A stretch of 64,000 bases of DNA, from positions 10,106,001-10,170,000 of the forward strand of contig OZ176051.1 in NCBI GenBank assembly GCA_964247055.1. The letters run 5' to 3'. Position numbers and translations under genes: made by a program. The DNA comes from Paragordius varius (Eukaryota; Animalia; Nematomorpha). The notes under the pieces are model-generated. The model ran no database searches, was not told the origin of the DNA, and was given only the letters and a program-made list of their open reading frames with translations. Shown here one piece after another: positions 11,328-25,375 of this stretch; position 1 is the stretch's first letter, and every line of letters starts with the position of its first letter.

Positions 11328-12302
11328 ATGATGAAAGTATTGTTATATGCATTAGTTGTAATAGCCTCTCTCCATGGACAAGAAGGTAGCCCCCATATAT
11401 CCATTTAATTATTTATATTGTTACTAAATTGATACAAATTTTACACGTGAAATTAGAAAATATATACTACTACGATATGTCATTTGTTTAAACGCATTTT
11501 ATGCATAAAAGTTTTTTGCTTATTGTGCTTTATTTGCTATCTGGCAAGAATGAAGAATTTGCATTGTATATTTATCTACGTTGTAAATGATGGAATATAT
11601 CCGCACTTTTTCCCATTTTTAGGTTTTGTTATAATAATGGGATTTAACTCAACACGAACATGAAAAAATATAGGAATACTTTTATACTCAGGAAGCATCC
11701 TATAATTTTAAGATGATTATATAGACATATTTAGTGATTTAAATATCTTGTATAAATTTAATGTTTGAGGTATCAAAAGACAGGCCTAGTCAAGTTCAGT
11801 AGACAGAATAAATTTTAGTTTGCTATTTCGGTTATAGCTTATGTTATATTTTTAAATTACTATCAAGATATAAAAAATAATGATATGATTAGCAACCGTA
11901 ATAATCTATAAAACACCTTATTTATATTTTATTTTTTAACAAATCTCAAAAACATGCAAAATTTCACATAAGAAAACAAATTTTGAACTTTTAATTTACC
12001 TGGGTTCTGGTGAGCCAAATGAATTTTTAAGTAAAATGAAATCTGGTATTGATTAGAATATAACGTAATAATTTAGGTGTGCATTCGGTTTAAGATTATC
12101 TATTGTCTGAAGAAGTTGAACAATGGGTTAAAATACATCATTAGTAGATACATATTGAAATCTTTTATAATCACCAACCATATTATTTCTCATTAATTTT
12201 ATTTTTATCGTTTACGAAATGATTTATCTTGTCCAAAATATAATATTTTTGAACAATTTACTAGAGGCTATGACTTTGGATCCACAAGCCGAAAATGGTA
12301 TA

Positions 12303-12340
<38 letters not shown>

Positions 12341-12390
12341 CTCGGGAGATGATGAATCTTATGGGTATTATACAAAGCATTTTTGTATAA
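11328..12390 (+). CDS. Possible small secreted-protein gene (only first and last exons discernible)
   Basis: Exon 11328-11385 MMKVLLYALVVIASLHGQE (signal-peptide-like) plus GT donor; phase-1 exons 12265-12297 and 12341-12390; the middle is unresolved and linkage is not shown. Confidence 0.3.
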
Positions 12391-12579
12391 ATTGCTAAAT
12401 ATCAATGATAAATTTTTGTTATCTTTTACGTTTTAAACTTTCTCTAGATATACGGAAAAATAAATTATCATACTCAATCTTTATGATATTATATATAATT
12501 AAAATTCGTAATTATACATAAATCCATCAAAATGACCTTATATTATTGTCATGTCAATAATAAAAATTTTTGAATATTA

Positions 12580-13424
12580 CATTCAAATCGCCCTTAAACA
12601 GTTGTTCACCCTTGAACAATTCAAATTCACCAAATAAAATATAAGTTTTATATTAACACTTGGATACAACACATTCATTTTAGTCCTTCGATTCAAATTG
12701 GGGTAGTTAAATACCCCAGGCCTGTTTAAAAATAAATTCTTTAAAAAATATGGAAGGAATCGATAGCATAGAAAAATTTTGCACTTATCTAACATTAATA
12801 AACCCAAATATATAAAAAATTTTATTCAAAAATACTTGATTATTACTTATTTTAGCTAAAACCGAAAGGTAAAAATTTAGTCAAAGTGACATGTGTGAAA
12901 TGGTAAAATTGAAAAATAATACAAAATAAACCACCTTTTCTATTTCTATCCATGTTAAATGTAATTTAAATAAGAAATTAGCTTTAATTTTACCCTTAAA
13001 ATTAAATAAAGACAATATTTTGCAAAAATTTTGTAAAATCAAAATGGCGGCCAAATTGTTCGACATGGAACTTTTTTTTCAAAACAAAAATTTATTTAGA
13101 TATTTTGGAATATTTATATAATTTGGATTAGAATAGAAGCAAAAATTCAAAATGAGACCGTTTCCTTCACTAGTTTTTTAAATATCCAAAATCAAATTTA
13201 GTCTGGGGTATTTAGATACCCCAATTTGAATCGAAGTGTTAAAAGTTACCTATATTTTTATTCATTTTTATAAAATAAAAATTTTGTTTTAAATTTAATT
13301 AATACTGAAAAAATAATAATCTAAGCCATAAAGATATATTTCATATTCATAATGAGTTATATTACTTCGAAAACCCAATTTATTTTAGGGTGAATTTGAA
13401 TTGTTCAGGGGTAAATTTGAACTG
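12580..13424. mobile_element. Tc1/mariner-like MITE with ~19-bp subterminal repeats, interrupted by the TTAA MITE
   Basis: Flanks of 12657-13238 join to form an inverted copy of 50291-50593 (ttcacccttgaacaattcaaa units; shared internal gaaatatatctttatggcttag). Confidence 0.65.
12657..13238. mobile_element. piggyBac-like MITE (TTAA target), 582 bp
   Basis: TTAA-CACTT...AAGTG-TTAA; inner inverted ttcgattcaaattggggta(g/t)ttaaataccccag; second full copy at 26566-27117. Confidence 0.7.
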
Positions 13425-13547
13425 TAAATGGTATATATTAGCTATTAGTCCGCTGTCTGTAGTCGAAATGAAATTCCTTAACAATAAAAAGAAGGTGAAA
13501 TGTGCGCAAATGAAAAGATTTTAGTGAATATAAAAATTTATTTATCA

Positions 13548-15955
13548 TCTCTGTACATGTTTTTTCGTTCGCCTTGAAATTTAGTGCCATTAAAATAAAT
13601 TATTTATTTTAATCCAAGCGAATTTTATAAAAATAATCGCACAGATCTTATCAATTGCAAAAATTTAACAGTGCGCATTTATACTTGAATAAAAATATCC
13701 TTATTCAAGTTGGACTACATATTTTGCGTTTTTTTAATATTTATAAAAATGGAAAATGCTGGCTTTGTGATCTGTTTCCGGAAAACCAGTAGACCCATTT
13801 AAATTCAAATTCGAAAAAATATAATCATTAATGAATACCCCGAAAATAGGGAGCCCATTTTTTGAATTAGGCACCCATTGGGGCCTACCCCGTGTACAAA
13901 ACGGATTTAAATCGTGATACAATTTATCGGAAAACGTGTTGGACCATTCGATTTCAAATATGATTTTCTTTTACTTTTTTTCGATTAAGCCGAACATAGT
14001 CTTTATACCCACTCCCCCGTAAAATACCATTTTTTCAAAAAAATTAAGTCCACAAAAATAATTTTTTGAATCTATTTTTCGTCCAAGGTATAAGACCGTA
14101 TTTCAATGAGGATTCCAAGTATTCCATGTTAAATGGCAAAAATTTTTCGTGCGTTTCTTTTTTGGCTGCTGGGTAAGGAGATCCCGATAAAAACTTCCCG
14201 TCTTATCGATATAGCGTGCCTTTGGGGCTAAATTTCAATAAACTTATCTGGCCATATGAGTCCAATAGCTGCTTAAATTATTACCCGTAACAAGGAAAAA
14301 ATTTAGGTCGCGTGGCTTTTTAAATTTAGCTCAAGCCCGGAAAAATGCGCCACCATAGGATTTTACAGTTTTGAGGATATTAAAAATTAATGAGACCCCG
14401 TAAAAAGGCAAAAATTTTAATCAAGTGCTTTTTATGTATCTGCTTCTGGGTAGGAAGCTACCCGCCTAAAACTGCGCCACCATATCGAAATTCCGTTATT
14501 TAGTTAATTTTCAAAATATTTATCAGGCCATATAAGTTTAATAAGGGCCCGAAATATTGCCCGTAAAAAGATCGAGCGGTTTTTTAAATTAGCCGTTAAT
14601 TAGGCTCTTTACGCCCTAAAAAATGCGCTATCATTGAACTACTATTTAGTTTTGAGGCCACTCTTCCAAAAACTATTAAGAACATATGGAATACATGATG
14701 ATTCCAGGTATCCCCCAAAAAGACAAAATATTTTTTCGAACGTCTTTATATGTTAGCCTGTGGGTAGCGGGCTACCCGCCTACAACTGCGCCATATCGAT
14801 ACAGTGTGATTTTAAAGGTAAATTCTAGAAAACTTATCAGGCCATATGAGTTCACTAATGGGAATTACCCGTAAAAAGGCAAAAATTTAAAAGCGGTTTT
14901 ATTAAATTACCCCTTAATTAGGCCCCTGCCCTTTAAAAATGCGCCACCATAGAATAACTTTTTGGTTTTGAGGGAATTTTTCGAAAATACCACAAGAAAA
15001 TATGGAATTATGATTCCACGTGTTACCCGAATTAAGGCAAAAATAATAATCGAGCGTTTTTTTGTTTCGCCTCTTATTAGGGGGTACCCGCGTAATGCGT
15101 CACCTATCTATACAGCATGCCTTTGGAGCCAAATATCTGAAAACTATGAGACTAGAGTTCAATAAGGCCTAAAATATTATCATACCCTAAAAAACAAATA
15201 TTTTAGTATAGGGGTTATTTTAATGAGTCGCTAAGTAAAATTTTACGCCCTAAAGAATGAGCCGCCATAAAACAGTTTTTTAGTTTTGAATAAATATTTC
15301 AAAGAACTTATAGGAACATATGGAATCCATGATAATTCACACTGGGTAAGGGGCTACCCGCCAAAAACTGCGCCACTAGTGCGTTGTTTTTGAGCTAATT
15401 TATAGAAATTTTATGAATCCATATGCGCTCATTAAAATTTTGAAATATTACCCGTAGTTAGGTAAAAATTAAGGTCAGTTTATTAGCCGTTAATTTGGGG
15501 ACTTCATGCCCTAAAAATACACCATCATATATTATTGCCCAGTATTTTTGAATAACCCATGAGTCGATGGTATCAAAGATGATTCTATATATTTGCCCTA
15601 TCAGGGCAATAGGTCTATTGATAGGGTCTACCGGTTTAAAACTGAGACGCCATACAAAAATGGTGTAGTTTTGGAGCTAATTTTCTAGAAACTTAAGAAG
15701 CCATCGAGTTCAATAAAGGCTTTAAATAATACCCATAAAAAGGTAAAAATTATAGTATAGCGGTTTTTCCGTTAGCCGTCGATTTGGAGCCTTAACACGA
15801 AACAATATATTAGTATGAAGGCACATTTTGAAAATTCTATGAAGCAACTAAATAATGTTTCGAAATAATCCACACATATGGATTTCGTTGATCCCTTTTT
15901 CAAAAAGCACCCCCCCCCCCCAAGAAGTCCGAAGGACTTCCTCGGGCTACGCTAG
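13548..15955 (+). mobile_element. Probable non-autonomous Helitron with internal tandem array (5' end uncertain)
   Basis: 3' hairpin GAAGTCC-GAA-GGACTTC (15924-15940), then CTAG (15952-15955) followed by T; candidate A|TC start at 13548. Confidence 0.5.
14160..15800. repeat. Diverged tandem array, ~6 units of ~270-320 bp
   Basis: Recurrent ctgggta(a/g)gg.gctacccgcc.aaaactgcgcca near 14167, 14446, 14759, 15078, 15344, 15622, each followed by aaacttatcaggccatatgag and aaaaatgcgccaccata variants. Confidence 0.8.
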
Positions 15956-17851
15956 TATTAAATAAATGTTTCTTGAAAAGTCGATGTTTTGATTTATTTA
16001 GTTGGAGTTTTACGCTTTCTTGACTATGTGGAAGAATTTCCTTTTGTTAAATCTGATTTTTATGGGTGGGGCTAAATAAAGGGTTATAAGAAAGTGCTTA
16101 TGTCTAAAGAAAATGAATATAAATGGGGCTAAGCTTTTCCCGGAAATTATTTAGACGGATCGCTAATTTTTAAAAATTAGAGCAAAAATTAAATGGATGG
16201 AAAAAATATTCTAGAAAATTATATTACGATTTTATTATCTATTTTGATAACTTGGAACTGGGAGTTAGATTTTTATTTAAAAATCAAAATTAATTATATT
16301 TTGGTTATTTGATTATAAATATTGTATAGCATTTTATTGGATTTAATATGTTTTTTATTATAATCTAATTATTTATACCTTAGAAAGGAGAAAAACAATG
16401 TAACTTATGACAATAGATCTAAATTTATAAAAAAATTTGGTATCGATGTCTGCTGTTAAATTTAAATGACACGAAATTATTTAAACTTTTGTAACTAAAT
16501 TTATTGTAATTTAGATATATATAAAAATGTTGTATCCAAGAAATTTTTTCTTCATTTTCATTAGTAAAACGATACTAAGTTATAGAATTCCAAAATGGTT
16601 TTTATTATTCCATTTAGTTGGTATCGATATAATATATGGCAAAATAATAACTTCTTAGATGCCAACATTTATTAGCATTCAAATACCATAAATTTGCGAA
16701 AGCCGCTTATTATTTTTAATGGTTCAAAACCGACCCTAATATATATATTGATATTTATTTCATTTTAGTTAGTGAGCAATTGCAGGCAGGTAATATATCA
16801 TTTTATGTGCATTCTAGCATTAGAAAGAATAATTTCAGTAACTACACGATATATCACTGCGACAAAATCGGGGGTTATTAAATAATATCTTGATGAATTA
16901 CATATACCCCGGTAGATAAATGTATCAGTATTCTCATGGTGCTTGGGTTTTGGTGCTTACGTGGGGATATTTGAATATCCGCACTTTTATGGTAATTGCT
17001 CGATGTCGTAAAATTAAAAAATTGACTAAAAGCTGAATGCTTGATTTCAAGAAATGTTGATATACTATATAGCAAGCAATATTTTTATAATATTATTTTA
17101 TATATATGCTCCAAAAGTCCCAAATTTTCTAAAAATAAAAGCAAAAGATTTAGTAATAAAAATTTTTAATATATGCTAATTTTGGCATAAAAATATATTT
17201 TGAAAAATGCATACTTTGTTCATGATGTTGAACAACCTCCGATTATAATTCTTTTGTCCTCAAATTTATGTTTAATATAAATTGTATACACCTAAATTAG
17301 CAATTAAAAATTCTGAGGTGATAGAAATGTTAAGTATCATCGAATCATATAGAAAAAGTTTAGATCACCTCTAACCAAATTAAAAGCACCATAAGATTCT
17401 TGAAACAATTCTTATCAAAATAATTATATATATTTATAATATATATATTTCATCTGGATATTTTTTATTCTCTATAATATATAAAATAATTAAATTATAA
17501 AATTCACTATGCAGATGCACGAAAACTTAGTGATAGTAATTTATTTAGTTTTTTACCATAGTTATAAAGAATCATTATGTTTTTTAAATTTTATTAATTA
17601 TATATAATTATCTCAGTCAAGGTTCAAATGCAATAGTGTATAAATGGAAAAAACTAAAATTAGAGAACTGATTTTAAGAATTTGGACTTATTTAATAATA
17701 GGAAAGAATCATTTATCCTTCACATAATATGAAACATTGAAAGAGTAAAGGCAAAAAGGTCTTCCAGCAATATTTCTACTTAAATTAATTTTTAACAATC
17801 ATTCTACAGTCGAATATAGTAACCATAACATAATCTTTGATATAAATTATT

Positions 17852-18120
17852 AATCAAACTTTTACAAGTATTGCAAATGAAACATTTCCTTTAGAAGGAT
17901 AATAAAGTATTTTGTGAAGAAATTTTAAAGCCGGGCTGGGTGTTTCAACTAATTTACACGTCCAAAATTTCGAATGAGTATATGGGTAGAACAATACTGA
18001 TAATCATTTTGGTTATTAGCACTTAGAGATATATGGCCAACTATCTCTAAAAAGTTCTTAAGGATAATGTAAGAATGGATGCCAAATTTAAAACTTAGTT
18101 ATAAAAAATGGACTTAATGT
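17852..18120 (+). pseudogene. Possible degraded GIY-YIG endonuclease remnant of a Penelope-like element
   Basis: Broken frames NQTFTSIANETFPL..., GWVFQLIYTSKISNEYMGRT..., EWMPNLKL...NGLN occur in the order expected for PLE endonucleases, but spacing is short and stops are present. Confidence 0.3.
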
Positions 18121-18871
18121 AATTAAGAGTGGTTGCTCTTAAATAAATCTATCCGGTGTCATGTGATCAATATAGAAAAAATAGAAAATAAAGTTTATAA
18201 TTTTAACTACACCATTAACCATTTTATTTGGGATGTTCTCCGATTAATACAAGCTTTATTGTGGGATTTCTATATTTTGAAGGAGAAAGACTTTGATTCT
18301 AAATCTTAGCTGGAACTAATACCTATTTTTAAACTAACTTTATAGCACATCTTTATTTTAAATATAGATTTTTATAAGTATTAAAAATTTGAAATACTTT
18401 TTAATATAATATAGATGCAGAAATATACGCACATAGTAAAAACACATAATTATAGTTTAGTGACTCAGATTATGGGAGATAGTATATTATAACTTTAATT
18501 TAAAAAAATATAATTTAGTTGTTGAATCACCAAGTAATGTTAGAATAATTAATTAGCGACACGAATTCCAAATCTAATTCGAGGTATTTTTTTCAATTTT
18601 AATAAATACAGCTATAAGAAATACAAGTATATTTTCATATAAACTTCGCCAAGTACTTTATGAAACTTATAAATTAATTGAGCATACTACCAATAAAAAT
18701 GTAAAAACCATGATTGTAAAAGCTTCTATAAATATGTGTCACATTTCTAACATATGTTTTCATTCAAACAAAAAAATAGAATGACATAAAATTTGGACAA
18801 TTTTAAAATTATTGTTTATTTAGTTTTTATATAATGTTATCCATACTAATGGCAATTTAATTGGTCATTTT

Positions 18872-19929
18872 CAGGGCTTGGAACTAGAGCTTAAATTCAA
18901 CGGTTCTAAAATTAACTGGTGCAAGTTTTTTACTGTTTTCGGTTCTAGAACCAGGGTAAAGTGGAATTCGTTTTAAAAGGGTTCTTAAAATTTAAAAACT
19001 GTCCGGTATTCGCATTTTTTTGGTTCTAGAACCGGTTCTCTGTAGGGTGAAACCGGTTTTTATATGGTTTCGATCATATATCTAAATATCTGATAATTAG
19101 CCCAAAAACATTACATATAAGCTTATATTTAATTAATTATTATAGACAGTATAATCAACAAGCAATTGGATAAATGCAGATTATTTTTTATTTATTATAT
19201 CTACAAAGGTTCAATAAAAATCAAATCATATCTAATATATTTTTGTTCAATTTTAAAAAAATTATGGCTTTCAGACTCTTTTATGACAACCATCTAAAAT
19301 TCGAGCATATAATTTTTAAGATATAAATAATCTTTCTATACTACCTAAAATATTAATAAAATACTTGGGATGCCGGTATTCCCATAATTATTTTGATAAG
19401 GTTATAGTCGCGATTTCCTCTTAAAATCATCTCATATTTCAAAATTTTTGAGGAGGTGGGTACAAATGAAGTTTTATCAAAATCAAATACACTTTATAGC
19501 TTTATTTTCTCTCATTGAATACAGTTCAAAATTACCGCCTACTTCCATTGAATATACATGACACGCTTCATTTAACGTATTACGTCTATAAAAAGCCTAT
19601 TGATTATTTCTTGCACAGTGCATTTTTAGTATGAAAGTTTTAAATAATACAAGGATTCGAATGAACTGCAGAGAGAAACATTTAATTTTAAGAAATTGCT
19701 GTTTATTGAGCAAACATTATGCAAACTATTTTTTCAACTGATCTAACTCAAACAACAACCTCTTCCAGATATCAAAAAAATCTGAAAGCGAAATTTACCC
19801 GATGAATTATTTATTATGGAGTGTAATAATACTTAAAACTTTGACATAAAAATTTAAAAATTTGGTCGCTATTACAGAACAGGTTCTACGGTTTGTATGA
19901 ATTATAACTGGTTCTTGTTCCAAGCCCTG
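18872..19929. mobile_element. Non-autonomous hAT element, 1058 bp
   Basis: TIR CAGGGCTTGGAAC(T/A)AGA; 8-bp TSD GTCATTTT/GTTATTTT; multiple subterminal GAACC/GGTTC motifs. Confidence 0.75.
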
Positions 19930-21615
19930 GTTATTTTCTTTTAGTATCAATATATCTAATTGCTGTATCAACTCAATACATCTAAAGGCAGCCGGTTGCT
20001 ATTTTTATGGCTGATCAAAAGGTCAACCGTAGTTAGGGTTAAACGAATTACGTTAAGTGCATATAAATAAGGTTGAAAACCTTATAAATGTAAATCTTAG
20101 TTTTTATATCAAAATGTTTATATCATTAGTAATTTTTCTAAAGTAGACAATATTACATGGCCTTCATTTTTGTATACCCCCTTTATAATTAGCATTAAAA
20201 AATATGTGGTCGAATCATAAAAAGAATATATTTTCCACCATAGACTACCCTAATAAGGCTTATAGTTTTCAATATCGTATATAATATTGTTATATATGTT
20301 AATAAATTAAAAATATAATTTCCACAAATTTTTTCCATAATCGCTATCTCGTTGGTACTTATATATTAATGACGTGACTCTTTAATTATATCTCCTTTTT
20401 ATAATTATTTTTAGATTTTATGGAAAGTAACATTTTGTTTATGTTTCTAAGGTGCCCGTGCCCATATGGATGGTAGAATATTTCTATATATTAACATACA
20501 TAACAGAATTGAAAAAAATGCTGGACGGTAAAATTCTTTTGCATTTCATGACAAAATATCCATAAAATTTACTGGTGGACCATATATGTACACCAAACGA
20601 TGAAAAGGAAAAACACAATAATATATTTTTTAATAAAAACTTTTTTACTTAGTGTTTCAATAATCTTTACCCAATATTTAATAACCCAAAGAGTTTCATT
20701 ATAAATATCTTGGCTAAATAGTATCATAAAAGAATCAAGATTATATTTTTTTGTGAAATCTTGATATATTTTTAAGTTCTAAAACCGTATGAAAATTTGG
20801 TGTAAAATTGTTAAATAATGTTTGTAGCTTATTGGCCGCTATTATGATGCATGAGTTACTTTGGAGTTGAATGTGGCCTGATCGAAAATCATAAATATTC
20901 GAAATTAAATATTGACTTTATGCATTCGAAACGCAAATTTTTTTAACAACTTTTTTTGATATATTATTTTTAATTTTGGACCTAATAAACGAAAATATAA
21001 ATTTTACCATATATTAATTGAAACCGAAACCATTAGTTCTTATAAAACCTTTTCCCAAAATGGTGGTTAAAAACGGTAACTAAAACTCATTTATTTTTTT
21101 AATTAGCCCTTTTTAATATAATTGTTTTAAGACATAATAGCATCACATTGTTATCTATTTGTGACTAATATGTACAAAAAATAAACTTCAATTTAAATTG
21201 TCAAACTCATTAGGTATAAAAGTATTTTATATTTTTATATTACAAAATTTTTACGACCTATAGAAGAGTCTTTGAATTAATTTAAAAATAATATGTGTTA
21301 ATTTATCTTGGTAAAATGTTAATTTGTCCAAGATATTTGTGCCTTATATAATAAAATACAATCAGTTTAATTTGACTGTAAAAGCCCCATTAAATTTTTT
21401 TGGCCATTTGGATTCCGAAACCCATACCACTGCAATCATATGATATATTTTAGCTCCTATACATAAATTTAAAAAATTCTTCTATATAGATTTGTCTACA
21501 AATTTTGACGGTAATTATTTAATTTACAATGGTTTATAACATGTTGAAATGCAAAATGGTTGCTTATACAGTATGAGTAAATATACAATGCTAGAAAGTT
21601 ATTAATTATTGCTAG

Positions 21616-21699
21616 TATATAACAAAGGGCATTATTGGTTTATAGTTATTTTTTTCACTTTTTACTAATATTAGCCAATAATCTGCCCTTTGTTATATA
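21616..21699. repeat. Small hairpin/MITE remnant
   Basis: TATATAACAAAGGGC...GCCCTTTGTTATATA with inner attattgg/ccaataat. Confidence 0.6.
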
Positions 21700-21722
21700 T
21701 GTTTTTTATATATGCCAAAATA

Positions 21723-21993
21723 CAGTAAAAATTGAAAATATACGGGCAAAACGTAAAAATATAAAGACAAATTATTTTTTCTAAAGACCATATATTTTCG
21801 AATTTAATTTGTTCAAATAATACCTATTGTTTTGGGTTAAAGGGATTCGATATGTAAATTGTTAATACACTCAATTATTTGAAAATGGAATCAAGTAGAT
21901 TATGTTGGAAAAACTAAGGTTCAAGTTGTCTTTTAGAAAAAAATAAGTGTCTTTATATTTTTACGTTTTGTCCGTATAATTTCAATTTTACTG
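21723..21993. mobile_element. Tc1/mariner-like MITE family C (copies 21723-21993, 25376-25664, 27138-27412; fragment near 52600)
   Basis: TA-CAGTAAAAATTGAAA.TATACGGACAAAACGTAAAAATATAAAGACA long TIRs at both ends. Confidence 0.75.
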
Positions 21994-23130
21994 AAGTTTA
22001 AGGACCAAAGTTTTCAAGGCCTACTCTTTTAGTGCAAATAGTATATATTATTAATAGTCACGATAAATGTATTTTGTTATAAACAGTTATGGAACAAATG
22101 GTTATTGGTATGGTATAGCTAAAATTACTTAAAATATTTAATGTATTATTATAATATCTTGATTATGTTATAACATAATAATTTTAGAGGAGAGCTTGCA
22201 TATTACTGGTATTTATTGCTTAAATATTCGATCTAATGACTAACAATTCATTACGTTTCGGGGTAGGTTTAGGTGGCTGAGTGATTTGAAATTTAAATAT
22301 CTTAAAAAGTATTTATGGTTTCAGCCCATATGCTCTGTTTGCTTTTTAAGCGCATGTACCAAAAAAAATTTTTAAATCCTAATTTATAAAATTTTGGCAA
22401 AAATTAAGTCTGGAAGCATATAATTCCGCAACTAGTTTTGATGATTATATCCTCGATTATATAATGTTAAAAATCAAATTAATTCATGGAAATAATGACA
22501 AACTTTTCTGAGATATGTTTTCTATAATTTAATAACTAATATTATGGTTAAAAAATTGAAATTATAAGCTTTAAGCTTTAACGATATATTTTTCAATAAA
22601 TATTTAAAATTTATTTATTTAAAAATCAGCCCTCTATTTTAACCATTTTTTGGAGCTATATCAATTTACTCTAGAACAGTTCAACCCAAGTCTCGAGGGC
22701 CGCATTATTTACTCGAAAAACAGGCACTTTTTATAAATATGGGGAGTTATACATCATTTATTACATTTTAATTATAAAACTGTTAAATGCAAACATAATA
22801 GAATTTTTTTTTCGAGTTCGTTGCCAATTGGATAGACTTATCCACAAAATTTGTTTAATAATTAATTATGCTAAGATTTTGTGGGCACATTTTTGCATAT
22901 TGTGAATTTCTAAAATTTTATGGGCCATATGTTGCACGCCCTTGGTTTTGGATTTAGTTGCCTGATAATATTTTTATGAACCAGACATAATTATATTATT
23001 TTTATATCAGAATTTATTTAAGTCAACTTTACAAAATTTATGCTGAAACATGTGAAAGTTATTTATCCCAAATCACACATTTATAAGTATTGTAATATGT
23101 GGTGAACATTTAAGTTAATTTATGTTGGAA

Positions 23131-24535
23131 ACAGGGCGTCTAACAGGGTCAAAAAAAGAAGAGCTGGAACCGGGGGGTTCCTGGACGGTTGAGGCCGGAA
23201 CCGGCCTGATTCCTAATAAATTTTAAACAGAAACATGTTTTTGAGTTAATAGAACCGGAATCGGGTTGGTTCCTTAATTCTTTTTGTTAAACATTTTTAT
23301 ACAACATTTTTAACAATATAAATCAAAATATCAAGAGTGTAAATAAAAACACAATTGGAAAATAGCCAAATGTTTAAATACAAAGGTGGTTTTGTTAAAA
23401 AAATTTGGTGTAAACTAAATGCTTCTGAAAAATATCACTAACTAACATTATAAACTGCATTAAATGCAAAAAAATTTATAAATAATTTATTTTCAGATGT
23501 ATTTGAACCCAAATTTTTGCTCTTTTAAAATGGGCTAATTCTCTTAAAAAACGCAAAAATGCCGAGATTGCGAAATAAATAATTCTAAATATATGTTTAA
23601 TTTTGAGATCAATTAAACTTAATTTTTGGCAAAATTTTGTTAAAGCATATTTTATATTTTGAAGCTAACGGTATAAAAAGGCTTAAAGATATAAAGTACT
23701 TATTCTAATGACTCGAGGATGGTGGTACGTTTTCACCTCAGAATTTTATTAAAGGTACTTTACTTGAATTTGAAACTTATGTAAGAAACATTCCTAAAAT
23801 TTGTATATGAACGGATTTTTAATCAAATTTTGACAAAATAGGAATATAAATTTTTATAATAAAGCGTTTTTATACCGTTTTCGACATGCCTCAAAATAAT
23901 ATGAAGCACCCTTCAACAAAATTTTGCTAAAAATTAATTTTGGAAAAGCATGCATCAAAAATATATTTTATCATATAACATATATAAATTTTTATGCACA
24001 TTGGTATTTTAGCTTATATTGTAAAAAACTAGCCAATTTTCGCAGAACGAAAATTTTTAGGACTTTCGGATCCCACATCTAAAATTCTTAAAATATTGTT
24101 TAGCTTTTTATATGTGGTGTATGATATATAGTGTAGTGTTATTTTTTGGAATGAAACAAAGCTGTCAAAATGTGAGCTAGTTTCGCCATTTTCTGGTGGG
24201 AGCATTTACCACAGATGTGTAATAACTCTCTCAAATGATTCGCAAGGGCCAAAACCAAAAGTAAAAAGTTGTCAACATGGTATTCCATTTCTATTGTTTA
24301 GGAAGAAAAAAAGTTATCATATGATTGATTTTTTAAAGATAAAACAAAAAATTTCAAAATTATGATTGCCTTTCCACATCTAAAGGGAACCAAAAATGTT
24401 ATCATACAACCGAATTTAATCATACGAACCACTTATTTAAGATAAAATGAAATTGGAACCGGTTTCTGCTAAAACCTCAAGGACCGGGTTTTGGTTCCAT
24501 GTGGTTCCGGATCAAAGTCCTGTACACCACACTCT
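23131..24535. mobile_element. Degenerate hAT-like element with GAACCGG subterminal motifs
   Basis: Clusters of gaaccgg/ccggttc at both ends like 18872-19929; termini and TSD not clearly recoverable. Confidence 0.35.
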
Positions 24536-25375
24536 ACTAAAATTTTGAACACATTATCAAGATAAAATTATGATTTCAATAGTAAAGCCAATATAAAAAT
24601 ATTTTTTTCTTTGACAGCTGATGATACCCAAATTGTAGGTTAATATTTTTCACACTTTTATAAACTTTTATTAATTAAATTTTGTTAATAAATACCTTTC
24701 TTCCTGACAATCAAAATATATTAGATTTGTATTAAAAAAGATATTTTAACTATATTCAAATAAACTTTTATATATTTTTCCCCTACTTCTAATAAAATTT
24801 TATATCATATTTGATTCGAATGCTGCCAACTCCCAAAAAAATTATTTTATTTTCCATATTTACCCTAGGACTAAACATTAAGGCAAACTATTTAAATTAA
24901 ACTTTAAATTTTCAGTTTGTCGTTAGTGTAGCGCTCTAAATTCGCCCATTATCTTTACCTCGCACTGATCCTTTTATAGCGAATGGACTAATCTATAAAA
25001 TTTAAAATATGGTCATTGAAAAGTTTAAAACGTTAATAGGAAAGTAGTATATTTTGATTATATTTTGATTAAAGAAATATAAGTTAAATTCCATTTAAAA
25101 GCAAAATCTAATTTTAGAGCCGCTTGAGTACAATCAATTAGAATAAAATGTGTGCTAAAAACACACATGTTGTGTATTTAAAAAATTAATTATGATCCTG
25201 TAAAGATATATAACACGCCTCTTAAATTTATCATAATAAAATAAATTTTACATACCATAGTAAATAGGCAGTAATACTGTTATTTTTATCATTCAGAAAC
25301 TGCCGCAAATGCCGTTGGTATTTTTTTACAAATTATTTTACATATTGAAACCTACTTTTTAGTATAAACCATTTA

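Noticed and set aside
14160-15800. CRISPR-like repeat/spacer appearance
   Set aside because: Units are ~290 bp and homologous throughout with no unique spacers; eukaryotic context, no cas genes
22255-22330. tRNA/SINE-like A-box (TGGCTGAGTG) and B-box-like motif
   Set aside because: No cloverleaf could be folded and no second copy was seen
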